Assembly (NCBI RefSeq): GCF_054482525.1
Contig: NZ_JBTHVG010000004.1
Source of the DNA: a plasmid
Reading direction: 5' to 3' (one strand)
Length of the DNA stretch: 64,000 nucleotides
Made by a program: the position numbers and the translations under genes. Positions 28,901 through 39,353 of the stretch are shown here, one piece after another. Under the pieces are notes generated by a model. The model worked only from the letters and a program-made list of their open reading frames with translations, was not told where the DNA came from and did no database searches. Within the stretch, counting starts at the first letter, position 1. Every line of letters begins with the position of its first letter.

Positions 28901-29752
28901 GTGATGAATCAGACTTTACCCACTGCTGACCTGAATACTGCCGGCACGACAGATGTTATTCCGTCTGTGGCTATCGACCGCATCATCGCGCAGCGTAACG
29001 AAGGTATTGCACTATTCATGCAGGCGATGGAATGCCTGGCGACAGCGCGCAGGATTCTGCTCGATGCGTCAGGTGATATTTTTCTTTACGGGTTTGAAGA
29101 CTGCGTGACTGATTCCGTTCGTCGCATGGATAAGCCGGAAGAAGCGAAAAGGAATATCACCCGTCTTGCCGACCGGAAAATCTGGGACCGCCTGATGACA
29201 GATACGGGCATGTACACCTTCATGAGTTCATGCCAGCGTGATGAGTGGAACAGCCAGCTGATGAGCGACACCTGTCCTGAAATCACCCTGGACAATGTAC
29301 TGGCAACATTCCGCCATCTTAATACCAGCAAGATGCAGACGTTTGAACAGGGACTGATTGATGTCTACCGGAAATTGTCATGGGATTACAGAACCAATAA
29401 TCCCTGCCGTCTGGGCAAGAAAATCATTATTGAAAACATGCTGTACCGCTGGAGTAACGGGCGTGTGACGCTGGACTGCAGCGGACGGGAGGCACTGGAT
29501 GACCTGGTACGTCCTTTTTATCTGCTGGAGGGGCGAAACGTTCCTGACTTCCGGAGCAGCATCGGGGCGCAGTATGGTGAATTTCTCGGGAACGGCGACA
29601 ACGTCGGTAAGCTGTTAGAAGGGGAATATTTTACGGTGCGTGGCTACCAGAAAGGGACCGTACACATTGTCTTTAAGCGTCCTGACCTTGTTGAAAAACT
29701 GAATGATATTATTGCACGGCATTATCCTGGTGCATTGCCGCCACGAGTCTGA
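28901..29752 (+). CDS. Hypothetical protein, first leading-region gene next to oriT
   Basis: 283 aa; preceded by repeat B copy 3 and SD aggagacaatgtgATG; followed by terminator. Confidence 0.55.
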   Translation: MMNQTLPTADLNTAGTTDVIPSVAIDRIIAQRNEGIALFMQAMECLATARRILLDASGDIFLYGFEDCVTDSVRRMDKPEEAKRNITRLADRKIWDRLMTDTGMYTFMSSCQRDEWNSQLMSDTCPEITLDNVLATFRHLNTSKMQTFEQGLIDVYRKLSWDYRTNNPCRLGKKIIIENMLYRWSNGRVTLDCSGREALDDLVRPFYLLEGRNVPDFRSSIGAQYGEFLGNGDNVGKLLEGEYFTVRGYQKGTVHIVFKRPDLVEKLNDIIARHYPGALPPRV

Positions 29753-29761
29753 TTAAACAGA

Positions 29762-29795
29762 AAAGCCCTGGTATTTATGCCGGGGCTTTTTTTTC
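29762..29795 (+). terminator. Rho-independent terminator-like hairpin
   Basis: aaagccctgg-loop-ccggggc followed by T-run. Confidence 0.5.
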
Positions 29796-29837
29796 TGTAA
29801 TCATCATAATCTCAGAACACGATGTGACATTGTCACA

Positions 29838-30179
29838 TCAATTGTTGTTCATATCGATGCCATCTTTCCTGCCTGAATCTGTCTTTTTAGGTGCTGTTTT
29901 AGAGGAAGAACGGCGGGATGGTTTTTTCGATTCTGCTTCCCGAATAATGTCACGAAGTGCCTTCTCTCCTACTTCATACCCTGCATTTTTAAGCGTGTCA
30001 CGAACATCTGCCAGTGTATAACCCTTTGTCCTTACCAGGACAATGATGTCATCACGAATGGCATCAAGAAAATCACGCAATGTTTTCCGTTGAGCGGTGA
30101 GGTCCGGCAATTCCGATAAGGCAGCTTTTGCCAGCTGGATGTCATCATCTGAGTAAAATTTTTTAGAAGCCATTGGCAC
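29838..30179 (-). CDS. Small basic DNA-binding-like protein adjacent to oriT
   Basis: 113 aa; ..KGYTLADVRDTLKNAGYEV.. HTH-like; Lys/Ser-rich C-terminus. Confidence 0.45.
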   Translation of the reverse strand: MPMASKKFYSDDDIQLAKAALSELPDLTAQRKTLRDFLDAIRDDIIVLVRTKGYTLADVRDTLKNAGYEVGEKALRDIIREAESKKPSRRSSSKTAPKKTDSGRKDGIDMNNN

Positions 30180-30184
30180 TTTCT

Positions 30185-30370
30185 CTCCGTTTCATGTTGA
30201 AGTCTGATTTTATCATCAAAAACTGACTCCTGGCAGGGCTGCGCCCTGCTTCTGCCGTCTGCATAAGACTATGATGCACAAAAATAACAGGCTATAATGG
30301 CCTGAAAAACGGGACAGGATGTGCAATTGTAATACCGTCACACGCGACGCTATTACAATTGCCATCTGGT
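30185..30370. other. oriT: oriT region (origin of transfer) upstream of nikA
   Basis: perfect 12 bp inverted repeat gcaattgtaata / tattacaattgc at about 30323-30363 and GC-rich IR gcagggc..gccctgc; immediately upstream of nikA. Confidence 0.6.
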
Positions 30371-30406
30371 CAGGGCTTCGCCCCGACACCCCGTAAGGAG
30401 CCTGAA

Positions 30407-30739
30407 GTGAGTGATAGTGCGGTAAGAAAGAAAAGTGAGGTACGGCAAAAGACAGTTGTCAGGACACTCAGATTCTCTCCTGTTGAGGATGAAACCATCA
30501 GGAAAAAAGCTGAAGATTCCGGACTTACTGTATCTGCTTACATCCGAAATGCAGCACTGAATAAGCGAATTAACTCCCGTACAGATGATGCTTTTCTGAA
30601 GGAGTTAATGAGACTGGGAAGGATGCAGAAGCATCTGTTTGTTCAGGGAAAAAGAACCGGTGACAAGGAATACGCAGAAGTGCTTGTTGCCATAACCGAA
30701 CTTACAAATACATTGCGTAAACAGTTAATGGAAGGTTGA
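30407..30739 (+). CDS. nikA: Relaxosome accessory protein NikA (RHH, oriT-binding)
   Basis: GTG start (MSDSAVRKK..) within track ORF; matches IncI1 NikA as recalled. Confidence 0.85.
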   Translation: MSDSAVRKKSEVRQKTVVRTLRFSPVEDETIRKKAEDSGLTVSAYIRNAALNKRINSRTDDAFLKELMRLGRMQKHLFVQGKRTGDKEYAEVLVAITELTNTLRKQLMEG

Positions 30740-30749
30740 GGATTCTCCG

Positions 30750-33452
30750 GTGAATGCAGTCATTCCGAAAAAGAGAAGGGACGGCAAGTCTTCGTTCGAA
30801 GACCTGGTATCCTACGTCTCTGTCCGGGATGACATGACCGATGAGGAACTGGATTTATCTTCTTCTTCGCAGGCTGAACAACCGCACCGAAGCCGTTTCA
30901 GTCGCCTTGTTGATTATGCGACACGTCTTCGAAATGAGTCATTCGTGGCGCTGGTTGATGTCATGAAGGACGGCTGCGAATGGGTCAACTTTTATGGTGT
31001 CACCTGCTTTCATAACTGTACTTCTCTTGAAACTGCCGCTGCAGATATGGAGTACATTGCCCGGCAGGCACACTATGCAAAAGATGACACTGATCCTGTT
31101 TTTCACTACATCCTTTCCTGGCAGTCACATGAAAGCCCGCGTCCGGAACAGATTTATGACAGTGTACGTCATACGCTGAAATCACTCGGCCTTGCCGACC
31201 ATCAGTATGTCTCTGCCGTGCATACTGATACAGATAATCTGCACGTCCATGTGGCTGTTAACCGGGTACACCCTGAAACGGGTTATCTGAACCGGTTATC
31301 ATGGAGTCAGGAAAAACTCAGTCGTGCCTGCCGTGAGCTTGAACTGAAGCATGGTTTTGCTCCGGATAACGGTTGCTGGGTCCATGCGCCGGGAAATCGT
31401 ATCGTTCGCAAAACTGCCGTTGAACGTGATCGCCAGAACGCTTGGACACGCGGAAAAAAACAAACTTTTCGCGAGTATGTTGCGCAGACAGCGGTCGCTG
31501 GTTTACGCAGTGAACCTGTACATGACTGGTTATCCCTGCATCGTCGTCTTGCTGAAGATGGTTTGTACCTGTCTCAGATGGACGGAAAATTTCTGGTGAT
31601 GGATGGCTGGGATCGCAACAGGGAAGGTGTACAGCTTGACTCGTTTGGTCCCTCCTGGTGTGCAGAAAAACTCATGAAAAAAATGGGTGACTACACGCCA
31701 GTGCCAAAAGACATTTTCAGCCAGGTGGAAGCACCAGGACGCTATAATCCGGACTTCATTGCAGCTGATGTTCGCCCGGAAAAAATCGCTGAAACAGAAA
31801 GTCTGCAGCAGTATGCCTGTCGTCATCTTGGAGAACGTCTGCCGGAAATGGCACGGGAAGGACGGCTGGAAAACTGCCAGGCTATTCACCGCACACTGGC
31901 TGAAGCGGGATTATGGATGCGTGTTCAGCATGGTCACCTGGTTATCTGTGACGGTTATGATCATAACCAGACTCCCGTTCGTGCTGACAGCGTATGGTCA
32001 CTGCTGACGCTCGACAATGTGAATCAACTCGATGGTGGCTGGCAGCCTGTACCAACAGATATTTTCCGCCAGGTTACGCCAACAGAACGCTTCCGTGGTC
32101 GTCGTATGGAGAGCTGTCCTGCGACCGATAAAGAATGGCACCGTATGCGTACAGGTACGGGGCCGCAGGGGGCTATCAAACGCGAACTGTTTTCTGACAA
32201 AGAAAGTCTGTGGGGATACAGCATCAGCCATTGTAGCCCTCAGATTGAAGAAATGATCACACAGGGTGAGTTTACCTGGCAGCGTTGTCATGAGTTGTTT
32301 GCACAACAGGGACTGATGCTACAGAAACAACATCACGGGCTTGTTGTCGTTGATGCCTTTAATCATGAGCAAACGCCGGTGAAGGCCAGCAGCATTCATC
32401 CTGATCTGACTCTGGGGCGTGCAGAGCCACAGGCCGGACCTTTTGTGAGTGCCCCAGCAGATTTGTTTGACAGGGTGCAACCTGAAAGTCGCTATAACCC
32501 GGAGCTGGCTGTCAGTGACAGGTACGGGGTCAGCAGTAAACGTGACCCAATGCTGCGCCGGCAGCGACGTGAAGCCAGAGCTGAGGCCCGTGCTGACCTG
32601 CGTGCCCGCTATCTGGCATGGCGTGAACAATGGCGTAAACCAGATCTGCGTTATGGGGAACGTTGTCGGGAAATTCATCAGGCATGCCGTCTGCGGAAGT
32701 CACACATTCGTGCGCAGTACGATGATCCGGCATTACGTAAGCTGCATTATCACATTGCAGAAGTTCAGCGAATGCAGGCATTGATCAGGCTGAAAGAAGA
32801 CATCAGGGATGAGCGGCAGAAACTTATTGCTGACGGGAAGTGGTATCCACCCTCTTACCGTCAGTGGGTCGAAATTCAGGCTGCTCAGGGAGACAGGGCT
32901 GCTGTATCGCAGCTGAGAGGCTGGGATTATCGCGATCGCCGTAAAGATAAGTCACGCACAACGACAACAGACCGCTGTGTCGTGCTTTGTGAACCGGGCG
33001 GAACGCCGGTATACGGTAATACCGGTGATCTCGAGGCCCGTTTGCAGAAGAACGGGAGTGTTCGTTTCCGTGACCGTCGGACGGGAGAGTTTGTCTGTAC
33101 GGATTATGGTGACAGGGTTGTTTTCCGTAATCACCATGACCGCAATGCGCTGGCAGATAAACTGGATTTGATTGCACCGGTATTATTCGGGCGTGATCCA
33201 CGCATGGGTTTTGAACCAGAAGGAAACGACAAACAATTTAACCAGGTCTTTGCTGAAATGGTTGCCTGGCATAATGTGACAGGCCGTACCGGTCACGAAG
33301 ACTACAGGATTACGCGACCGGACGTGGATCATCACCGTGAAGGAAGTGAACGCTACTACCGCGATTATATCGCGGCGAACAGCAACGATGACGCATCACT
33401 GCCTCCGCCGGAGCAGGATAAACTCTGGGAACCGCCTTCTCCGATGAGATGA
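30750..33452 (+). CDS. nikB: Relaxase NikB
   Basis: 900 aa; follows nikA; N-terminal relaxase region with conserved His cluster (HTDTDNLHVHVAVNRV). Confidence 0.9.
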   Translation: MNAVIPKKRRDGKSSFEDLVSYVSVRDDMTDEELDLSSSSQAEQPHRSRFSRLVDYATRLRNESFVALVDVMKDGCEWVNFYGVTCFHNCTSLETAAADMEYIARQAHYAKDDTDPVFHYILSWQSHESPRPEQIYDSVRHTLKSLGLADHQYVSAVHTDTDNLHVHVAVNRVHPETGYLNRLSWSQEKLSRACRELELKHGFAPDNGCWVHAPGNRIVRKTAVERDRQNAWTRGKKQTFREYVAQTAVAGLRSEPVHDWLSLHRRLAEDGLYLSQMDGKFLVMDGWDRNREGVQLDSFGPSWCAEKLMKKMGDYTPVPKDIFSQVEAPGRYNPDFIAADVRPEKIAETESLQQYACRHLGERLPEMAREGRLENCQAIHRTLAEAGLWMRVQHGHLVICDGYDHNQTPVRADSVWSLLTLDNVNQLDGGWQPVPTDIFRQVTPTERFRGRRMESCPATDKEWHRMRTGTGPQGAIKRELFSDKESLWGYSISHCSPQIEEMITQGEFTWQRCHELFAQQGLMLQKQHHGLVVVDAFNHEQTPVKASSIHPDLTLGRAEPQAGPFVSAPADLFDRVQPESRYNPELAVSDRYGVSSKRDPMLRRQRREARAEARADLRARYLAWREQWRKPDLRYGERCREIHQACRLRKSHIRAQYDDPALRKLHYHIAEVQRMQALIRLKEDIRDERQKLIADGKWYPPSYRQWVEIQAAQGDRAAVSQLRGWDYRDRRKDKSRTTTTDRCVVLCEPGGTPVYGNTGDLEARLQKNGSVRFRDRRTGEFVCTDYGDRVVFRNHHDRNALADKLDLIAPVLFGRDPRMGFEPEGNDKQFNQVFAEMVAWHNVTGRTGHEDYRITRPDVDHHREGSERYYRDYIAANSNDDASLPPPEQDKLWEPPSPMR

Positions 33453-33574
33453 CAGATGAAGCTTTATTAGTTTCGTTATAGAATGAAAAAATCACCAATA
33501 TTAAATATGGGTGTGGTGGTAAAAATAAATATGTTAGGCAATGTTAAGTAACTCTATTGACGGAATCATGTTTT

Positions 33575-34393
33575 ATGAGCACTAATCTTGCTTTTCGTTA
33601 TGCAAGTGTTGAAACTTTTTTTAAAATGATTGAAAACCAAGAATTATGGTTTACCGATCTTCGGAATATGAATGATCCGGAAGAATACTCGGCTGGCTAT
33701 GAAATAGTCAAGAGAATAATAAATGAGGAATTTCCAGATTGCATTAGACTATTAGAAGAAGTATCACCTAATAAGATAGACGAAAATTTTAAGATATTAA
33801 TTTGTTGTTTCTGTTCTGATGGAGATCGTTCCAACATGTGGAGCGAGTATGGTGATAATGGCAAAGGCGTTGCTATTGGTTATGATAAGAATATTATAAC
33901 CCAAAATCATATTTTGGCTCGGTTTGAAGAACATTTTCAACCTATTAGTGGTAGAGTTGTCTTTCATCCTGTTATCTATTCAGAAGAACTGTTTCGAGAA
34001 TATGTAAGAAACGCATTGCATGATTATATTAATCGCTCAAGTTTAAATATTAAATATGCACGTGGCATACTTCATGCACATCTTATCAGACTATGTTCAT
34101 TATATAAGAGAGAGAGTTTTGAATGTGAAAATGAGGTCCGAGGACTTATTGAAGTAGATGAACGTACATTCCCACCATACAAACTTGAAAAACGTAGTAC
34201 TGATTACGGAATTGCGTATTATACTAAGGTGAAATTTACCTGTAACAATATTACGGCAATTAGAGAGATTGTGTTGGGGCCTTTATTTGAACAATCTGAT
34301 GAACAGCTTCGGTCAAAATTAGATGATCTAGGGTTAAAGAATATAAAAATTAGACGTTCCATATGTACCTACAATGATGTGGTTAATCTGTAA
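33575..34393 (+). CDS. DUF2971-like protein (uncharacterised; AT-rich insertion between nikB and trbC)
   Basis: N-terminal W-F-T-D-x4-N-D-P-E-E motif as I recall for DUF2971; ATG at 33575 chosen (track ORF starts at TTG). Confidence 0.55.
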   Translation: MSTNLAFRYASVETFFKMIENQELWFTDLRNMNDPEEYSAGYEIVKRIINEEFPDCIRLLEEVSPNKIDENFKILICCFCSDGDRSNMWSEYGDNGKGVAIGYDKNIITQNHILARFEEHFQPISGRVVFHPVIYSEELFREYVRNALHDYINRSSLNIKYARGILHAHLIRLCSLYKRESFECENEVRGLIEVDERTFPPYKLEKRSTDYGIAYYTKVKFTCNNITAIREIVLGPLFEQSDEQLRSKLDDLGLKNIKIRRSICTYNDVVNL

Positions 34394-34397
34394 TCTG

Positions 34398-34426
34398 AAT
34401 GCTGGTATCTAGTACCAGCATTTTTA
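34398..34426 (+). terminator. Rho-independent terminator-like hairpin after DUF2971-like gene
   Basis: palindrome gctggta..taccagc followed by ttttt. Confidence 0.5.
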
Positions 34427-34465
34427 AATAGGTTTTTTGCGGGAAGACCAAAGTATGGTCACAGT

Positions 34466-36757
34466 TCAGTACATTCCGTCCCAGTCCGGACGGTTGTTTT
34501 TTTTATGATGAAACCCGTTTACAGGACGCCCTGTCGGGTGGTTATTGTCCTGTGGAAGCGTTAACAGGTTTATACCGGCTCTTTCTGCTCTCACTGATAT
34601 CTGATTTTCCTCATTTGTTTCAGGTAGTTCTGGTCTGTTCAGTGTGATATAGCGAATTCGTCGCTCTTCCCGGGTGGTCGTTTTAAGCGTATTCACCGCT
34701 GTTTCCCATAAGGCACTTTCACGTGCGTTGATATCCGTGTCGTACTCTTCCAGCATTGCCATAGCCGCCTGACGTCCTGCAATGCGTTGCTGGAATGTAT
34801 CCACGATCGTGTGCGGCTCTGTGCGAATTTTTCGTCTTTTTCTGGAGGGTTTTGCAGTCAGGACGCCAATGATGGCACTGACATTTTCCGGTGACGGTAT
34901 TCGACGTTGAGTAGTACGGGGAACAAGACGGCGGAGACGGTCCAGGCGTGGCGCATCCACGCTGATATACCTGTTTATAACAACGGGATCGCTGCTGCAG
35001 CTTTTCTCATCGTCAGGGATGAAGAATGATGCTGATGGTACGGTTTCTCCCCGGAAAATAGAAAAGAACTCGCCAGGATGAAGTTCAATCAACTCCTGAA
35101 CATTTATCTTGCTTTCCATCAGGATGCTGATTTGTGGGCTGTCAATCCATGATTCACCAAATATGCCGTCCTGACGCTGCAGGTTGTTCATCCTCGCCCT
35201 GGCTTCTTCACCGGCGGCGCTTTTCAGCGTTCTGGCCGTACTACCCTCGCTGACAATCCTGCCGGCAAATTTTGTCCCCGTGTTCTGCATCAGTGTTGCA
35301 GTATTCGTGGCTGTTGTCTGTCCTTCTATACGTTCCTGGTCCTGTGCCATCAAAATCAGAGCAAAATCCAGTGAACGCACCTGAGTGGCTTCCACAGCAA
35401 TACGGTCCGTATAGTATGCCCCCACTTCATCAAGGAAACACAGATAAGGGAAACGCCCCTTATATTTTTTGACTTCCAGTGCATCGGAATCAGTTCCTTC
35501 GAGGCGGTAGCCCAAATCACGGGCGAGAATCATACTTTTCTGGGTGATAAACATTCGTCCAAGAGCAGACGTTGTATGCGCTGATGTATCCAGAGCGGGG
35601 ATCATTACCATCAGAATCCTGTCGCTGTGAATGCTGTCACGGATATCGATATCACCGGAATCTTCAGCAAAAATATCCCCGAATGCTTCCGTGAATGTGC
35701 TGAAAGTTTCAGAAAACTGCCCGGAGAGATAAGCATGTTGTTTTCTGGGTTCTTCCGTCCAGGCTGATGGTGTCCTGACCAGCGACAGGTCGAAACCGGG
35801 AACGTCCTGAAGGTAGTTACGTAACGGTGCGATAGCTTCTTCCGGCCACTGATCATCGAGGCCACGACAGTAAAGTTTGGCCATCCCTTCGAGAGTCATA
35901 TGTTCACGGAGCATCTGCAGCGACATTGTTTTGCCTTCGCGCACACACCAGAATTTAGTACCAAATACCAGTGCCTTATTCATGGCAATGGCCCGGGACT
36001 GCCACTCGCCCCCCTGGACGTTCTGGGGCAGCATTGACTGCATTGTCTCCGCTGTGAATGCCTCAGTGCTGTAACAGAAGGGATTCCAGGTATTTGACTG
36101 AGGACGCGTTTTTTCACCACTCAGAATGATTTCACTGCGGGATTTTCCTCCGTTCATGAAGTTAATGACTTCCACATCGTCTTCACGTCCAAAGCGTCTG
36201 GCCAGATACCAGATCGTTCTTGCCGTATCATTCTGTGCCTTGCCATCGACAAGGGTGAATCCTCTTGCCCAGCAAAGTGGGTTAATCGCCCAGGCAAAGA
36301 TGGTTTCCGTTTTACCGCCACCGGTGGTGGCGAAAAACATTATATGGCGGGTCAGATCGTCCATACTCAGCCATAACTCCCTGCCAATATCCCTGACGCG
36401 TTGATAACCAACATAGAATATGCCGCTGGCCGGTGATTCCAGAATGACCTCATACTGGAACAGGGTTGGCCAGAAGCTGAAAAGACTTCTTTTAATCATT
36501 CTGTCCTGTGACGGGTCAGCACATTCCAGCGTCATGGGCATACGAAGAGGGCAGCGCCATCGCTGCAGACTAAATACCAGCATTGTTATCAGTGTGAACA
36601 ACAGACATGCCGGTAATGCAAGTGGCCAGATAAAACTGGCCACAAGACTTGCCACCAGGCAAAAGCCATAGATATTGAGACTCTGGAGTGCATTCCAGAC
36701 AGGATTTCCCCAGGCTGTACGGTGTAAAAGCTCGGGGTTAACGCGATGTTCACTCAT
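34466..36757 (-). CDS. trbC: TrbC (DotL/IcmO-like type IV coupling protein)
   Basis: 763 aa; N-terminal TM segments; Walker A FFATTGGGKTE. Confidence 0.85.
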   Translation of the reverse strand: MSEHRVNPELLHRTAWGNPVWNALQSLNIYGFCLVASLVASFIWPLALPACLLFTLITMLVFSLQRWRCPLRMPMTLECADPSQDRMIKRSLFSFWPTLFQYEVILESPASGIFYVGYQRVRDIGRELWLSMDDLTRHIMFFATTGGGKTETIFAWAINPLCWARGFTLVDGKAQNDTARTIWYLARRFGREDDVEVINFMNGGKSRSEIILSGEKTRPQSNTWNPFCYSTEAFTAETMQSMLPQNVQGGEWQSRAIAMNKALVFGTKFWCVREGKTMSLQMLREHMTLEGMAKLYCRGLDDQWPEEAIAPLRNYLQDVPGFDLSLVRTPSAWTEEPRKQHAYLSGQFSETFSTFTEAFGDIFAEDSGDIDIRDSIHSDRILMVMIPALDTSAHTTSALGRMFITQKSMILARDLGYRLEGTDSDALEVKKYKGRFPYLCFLDEVGAYYTDRIAVEATQVRSLDFALILMAQDQERIEGQTTATNTATLMQNTGTKFAGRIVSEGSTARTLKSAAGEEARARMNNLQRQDGIFGESWIDSPQISILMESKINVQELIELHPGEFFSIFRGETVPSASFFIPDDEKSCSSDPVVINRYISVDAPRLDRLRRLVPRTTQRRIPSPENVSAIIGVLTAKPSRKRRKIRTEPHTIVDTFQQRIAGRQAAMAMLEEYDTDINARESALWETAVNTLKTTTREERRIRYITLNRPELPETNEENQISVRAERAGINLLTLPQDNNHPTGRPVNGFHHKKNNRPDWDGMY

Positions 36758-37820
36758 GGCCAGACTCGCTGTCGGTGGTTTTCAGGAATAAATTAAGCGT
36801 GCCAGTTTCCTGCAGAATTCCTGTAGGCAGATGCCAGCCGGTGTCGGACAGCACCCATGGGGTACCGGCAAATCCGAACTTACGGAAGGCGACATTGTTA
36901 ACATCAATCGCAGCTCTGGCTGCTTTCAGGCATGTTTCATCTGCAGGCGTTGTTTCTTCTGATGGCGTCATCATTCCGTTATCTGCGGAATACAGTCGGT
37001 GCCAGCCGGCAGCACGTTTCTGAGCATCTTTTTCACACAGCAGTGGTGCCACACGGTCGGTGGATTCCTCTCCACCAATAACTGAAACCGGGTAGATAAC
37101 GACATTGAAGTCGCTGGCCAGGCGTTTTAAGGCCGGCTCCAGAAGTCTGCAGTTAGGACAGGCAGGATCGAGAAATGCGAACAGGGTTCGTTCATGACCG
37201 GATGACAGGTTGATGGTAAACATGCCCCGATCGGCGTTCCGCTTCAGAACAGTAGCCAGATTATGTCGCGCAGCTGCGGCTTCCGGATTTTTGCTTGTGA
37301 TTGTTTTCTCCGGGACCTGGACGTCTTTTTTCGGGGGAACCGGGAGTTGAATGCCTTCATTTAATGGCACAGTGTGATTCAGGTGAGGGGGTAGCAGTCG
37401 TGGCTCACCTGCTGTCTGTACTGCTTCAGGCGTTGTATCATCCCAGAATACACGATCAACATAGCGGAACAGAGAGAAGCCAATCGTTGCCATTACGAAC
37501 AGCACAACGCTGGCGATTATGCCACGGAACAAAGGTGTTCTGCTGAAGCGGCGTTCCATCAGATATTCAAGGCGCAGGCAGGAATCAATAGCTGTAAGTA
37601 TCTGGTCAGCGTTATGCTCCTGTTTATCAATCAGGACGGTTTCTCTGTTACGGGTGCCCATGGCGTCAAAGGCTATATGAATCAGTTGATTATTTCGTGT
37701 TACCAGCCCTGACAGGGCATCCCGTGGAAGGACAGCAATAATTTCTGTCCTGCCATCCGGCCAGATTGCCTGCACGGAAATATGTTTTGCAATGCGTGTT
37801 GCAAAGTACTCGATTGTCAT
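36750..37820 (-). CDS. trbB: TrbB (thioredoxin-fold disulfide isomerase-like)
   Basis: 356 aa; CxxC motif LDPACPNCR. Confidence 0.8.
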   Translation of the reverse strand: MTIEYFATRIAKHISVQAIWPDGRTEIIAVLPRDALSGLVTRNNQLIHIAFDAMGTRNRETVLIDKQEHNADQILTAIDSCLRLEYLMERRFSRTPLFRGIIASVVLFVMATIGFSLFRYVDRVFWDDTTPEAVQTAGEPRLLPPHLNHTVPLNEGIQLPVPPKKDVQVPEKTITSKNPEAAAARHNLATVLKRNADRGMFTINLSSGHERTLFAFLDPACPNCRLLEPALKRLASDFNVVIYPVSVIGGEESTDRVAPLLCEKDAQKRAAGWHRLYSADNGMMTPSEETTPADETCLKAARAAIDVNNVAFRKFGFAGTPWVLSDTGWHLPTGILQETGTLNLFLKTTDSESGHE

Positions 37821-37838
37821 TTTCAGTTCTCCGGATAA

Positions 37839-39047
37839 TCAGAATTCGTTGTCTGTAGCAGGTGTGCGGGGCAGGATGTCGTCGGTGAGGGACCAGTTGG
37901 TCAGGATGCGGCGTTTCCGGTCGCGATCTGGTTGTGGTTCATCCCAGATAAGACCGAGACTGAGCATATCCCGCCGTAAGCCTTCCACCGCTTCATCAAC
38001 ACAGGGTTCAGGGCAGGGAAGACCAAAACGCATGGCTTCGGCCTCTGCACGTGCAACGGCCACCACGCCAGCGCCTTCAATAAATCCTTTCGTGGTATTG
38101 GCGCGGTGTAATGCATAAAACAGCGTTCTGTCCACGCCTTTCAGCCAAATCCAGTTGGGTGGCGTAAGCCGCAGGTCATGTGCATACAGCCAGACCAGCC
38201 CACTGCGGACGTAGCGATGTTGTTTCAGCCATTGCTGTGCTCCGTTGCTTTTAATCACTCTCTGGAAAGCTGATTTGGCCAGTGAATAAACAGGGGTACA
38301 GAATTTCCCGCTGTCCCGTTTGCTTTTAATTCTGCATGAGAGGTTCAGTGTATCCATGAGCTTTAATGCTGCCTTCCGATCATCCAGGAAATACTGAAGG
38401 CCAAATATGGCAAAGAGCGCTTTTTCATGTGGTGCCATGTCTTTCCAGGACGTTAAAGGTTTACCCAACTGGGCCATGAAACATCGTCTTGCAGCTGCAA
38501 CATCGAGCTGCATATTGGTGATGAGAGTATGCTGTTCGACAAATGCTTCCGGGGTGAGAGCAACCCGCCGTTCAGGTCGTTTACCACCATGAAAGAGTTT
38601 TTTCGGATCACCATCTGCCAGTACAGGGGCGATAGCAGGGGATAACGAAGCAAAGATGTGTGGCAGTCGGGTAATATCTACTGGTCTGCGGGTGAAACGG
38701 CTTTGTCCCGGATGTTGATACCATTCCCACAAACACCAGAGTGTCACAGGTAAGAGGTACATCCACAGAATACCTATGGTCTGTTCCATGACGTTAACCC
38801 ACTGGCTATAGCTTATGTTGGCGGCGTTGTTACCGGTCATGGCAAGCAGGTTGTATCGTGGTGCTGCATAGTTATGAAATGGTCCCCAGTCGACCAGTCC
38901 CCATAAGGTATGAAGAATCAGGCAGCTGGTGTAAACCACTTCCGGCAAGAATAACCATATGACGAATAGCAGCAGGATAAGAAGGACACCAACAGCGCCC
39001 CATATCTGCATAGGATCTTCTGCGACAGGCTGTCGATTGTAAGACAT
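37839..39047 (-). CDS. trbA: TrbA (DotM/IcmP-like inner membrane protein)
   Basis: 402 aa; N-terminal hydrophobic segments; position in trbCBA operon. Confidence 0.8.
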   Translation of the reverse strand: MSYNRQPVAEDPMQIWGAVGVLLILLLFVIWLFLPEVVYTSCLILHTLWGLVDWGPFHNYAAPRYNLLAMTGNNAANISYSQWVNVMEQTIGILWMYLLPVTLWCLWEWYQHPGQSRFTRRPVDITRLPHIFASLSPAIAPVLADGDPKKLFHGGKRPERRVALTPEAFVEQHTLITNMQLDVAAARRCFMAQLGKPLTSWKDMAPHEKALFAIFGLQYFLDDRKAALKLMDTLNLSCRIKSKRDSGKFCTPVYSLAKSAFQRVIKSNGAQQWLKQHRYVRSGLVWLYAHDLRLTPPNWIWLKGVDRTLFYALHRANTTKGFIEGAGVVAVARAEAEAMRFGLPCPEPCVDEAVEGLRRDMLSLGLIWDEPQPDRDRKRRILTNWSLTDDILPRTPATDNEF

Positions 39048-39140
39048 GACAAAGTCTCCATTTCTGGAATTTAAATCAAACGGAAAGGTTAAAAATTTAT
39101 TTGCAGGCGATAAGAGCTAACCAGAGGAATTAGCCGTGTG

Positions 39141-39310
39141 ATAAAAGGATTGTTGCAGATACGAAAGTCGTTAGAATAGCCGCGGACGCTTGAGGCTGTA
39201 TGCCGAAAGCGTTTTGTGGATGGTATACAGCAGAAAGCCCCCTGGAGATTTTTTATCAATCAACCAGGGGCTCTACTGTAATGCCTAGACAACATTATAG
39301 TAGCCTGATA
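39141..39310 (+). repeat. Truncated upstream copy of the pnd (hok/sok-type) leader, direct repeat of 40562-40731
   Basis: about 170 bp roughly 93 percent identical to the leader in front of pndA; contains the mok-frame start atgccgaaagcg but diverges just before the pndA SD. Confidence 0.6.
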
Positions 39311-39353
39311 ATTTAGATATGTGTACATCCTACCGGAAAAGATACTTTTCAGG

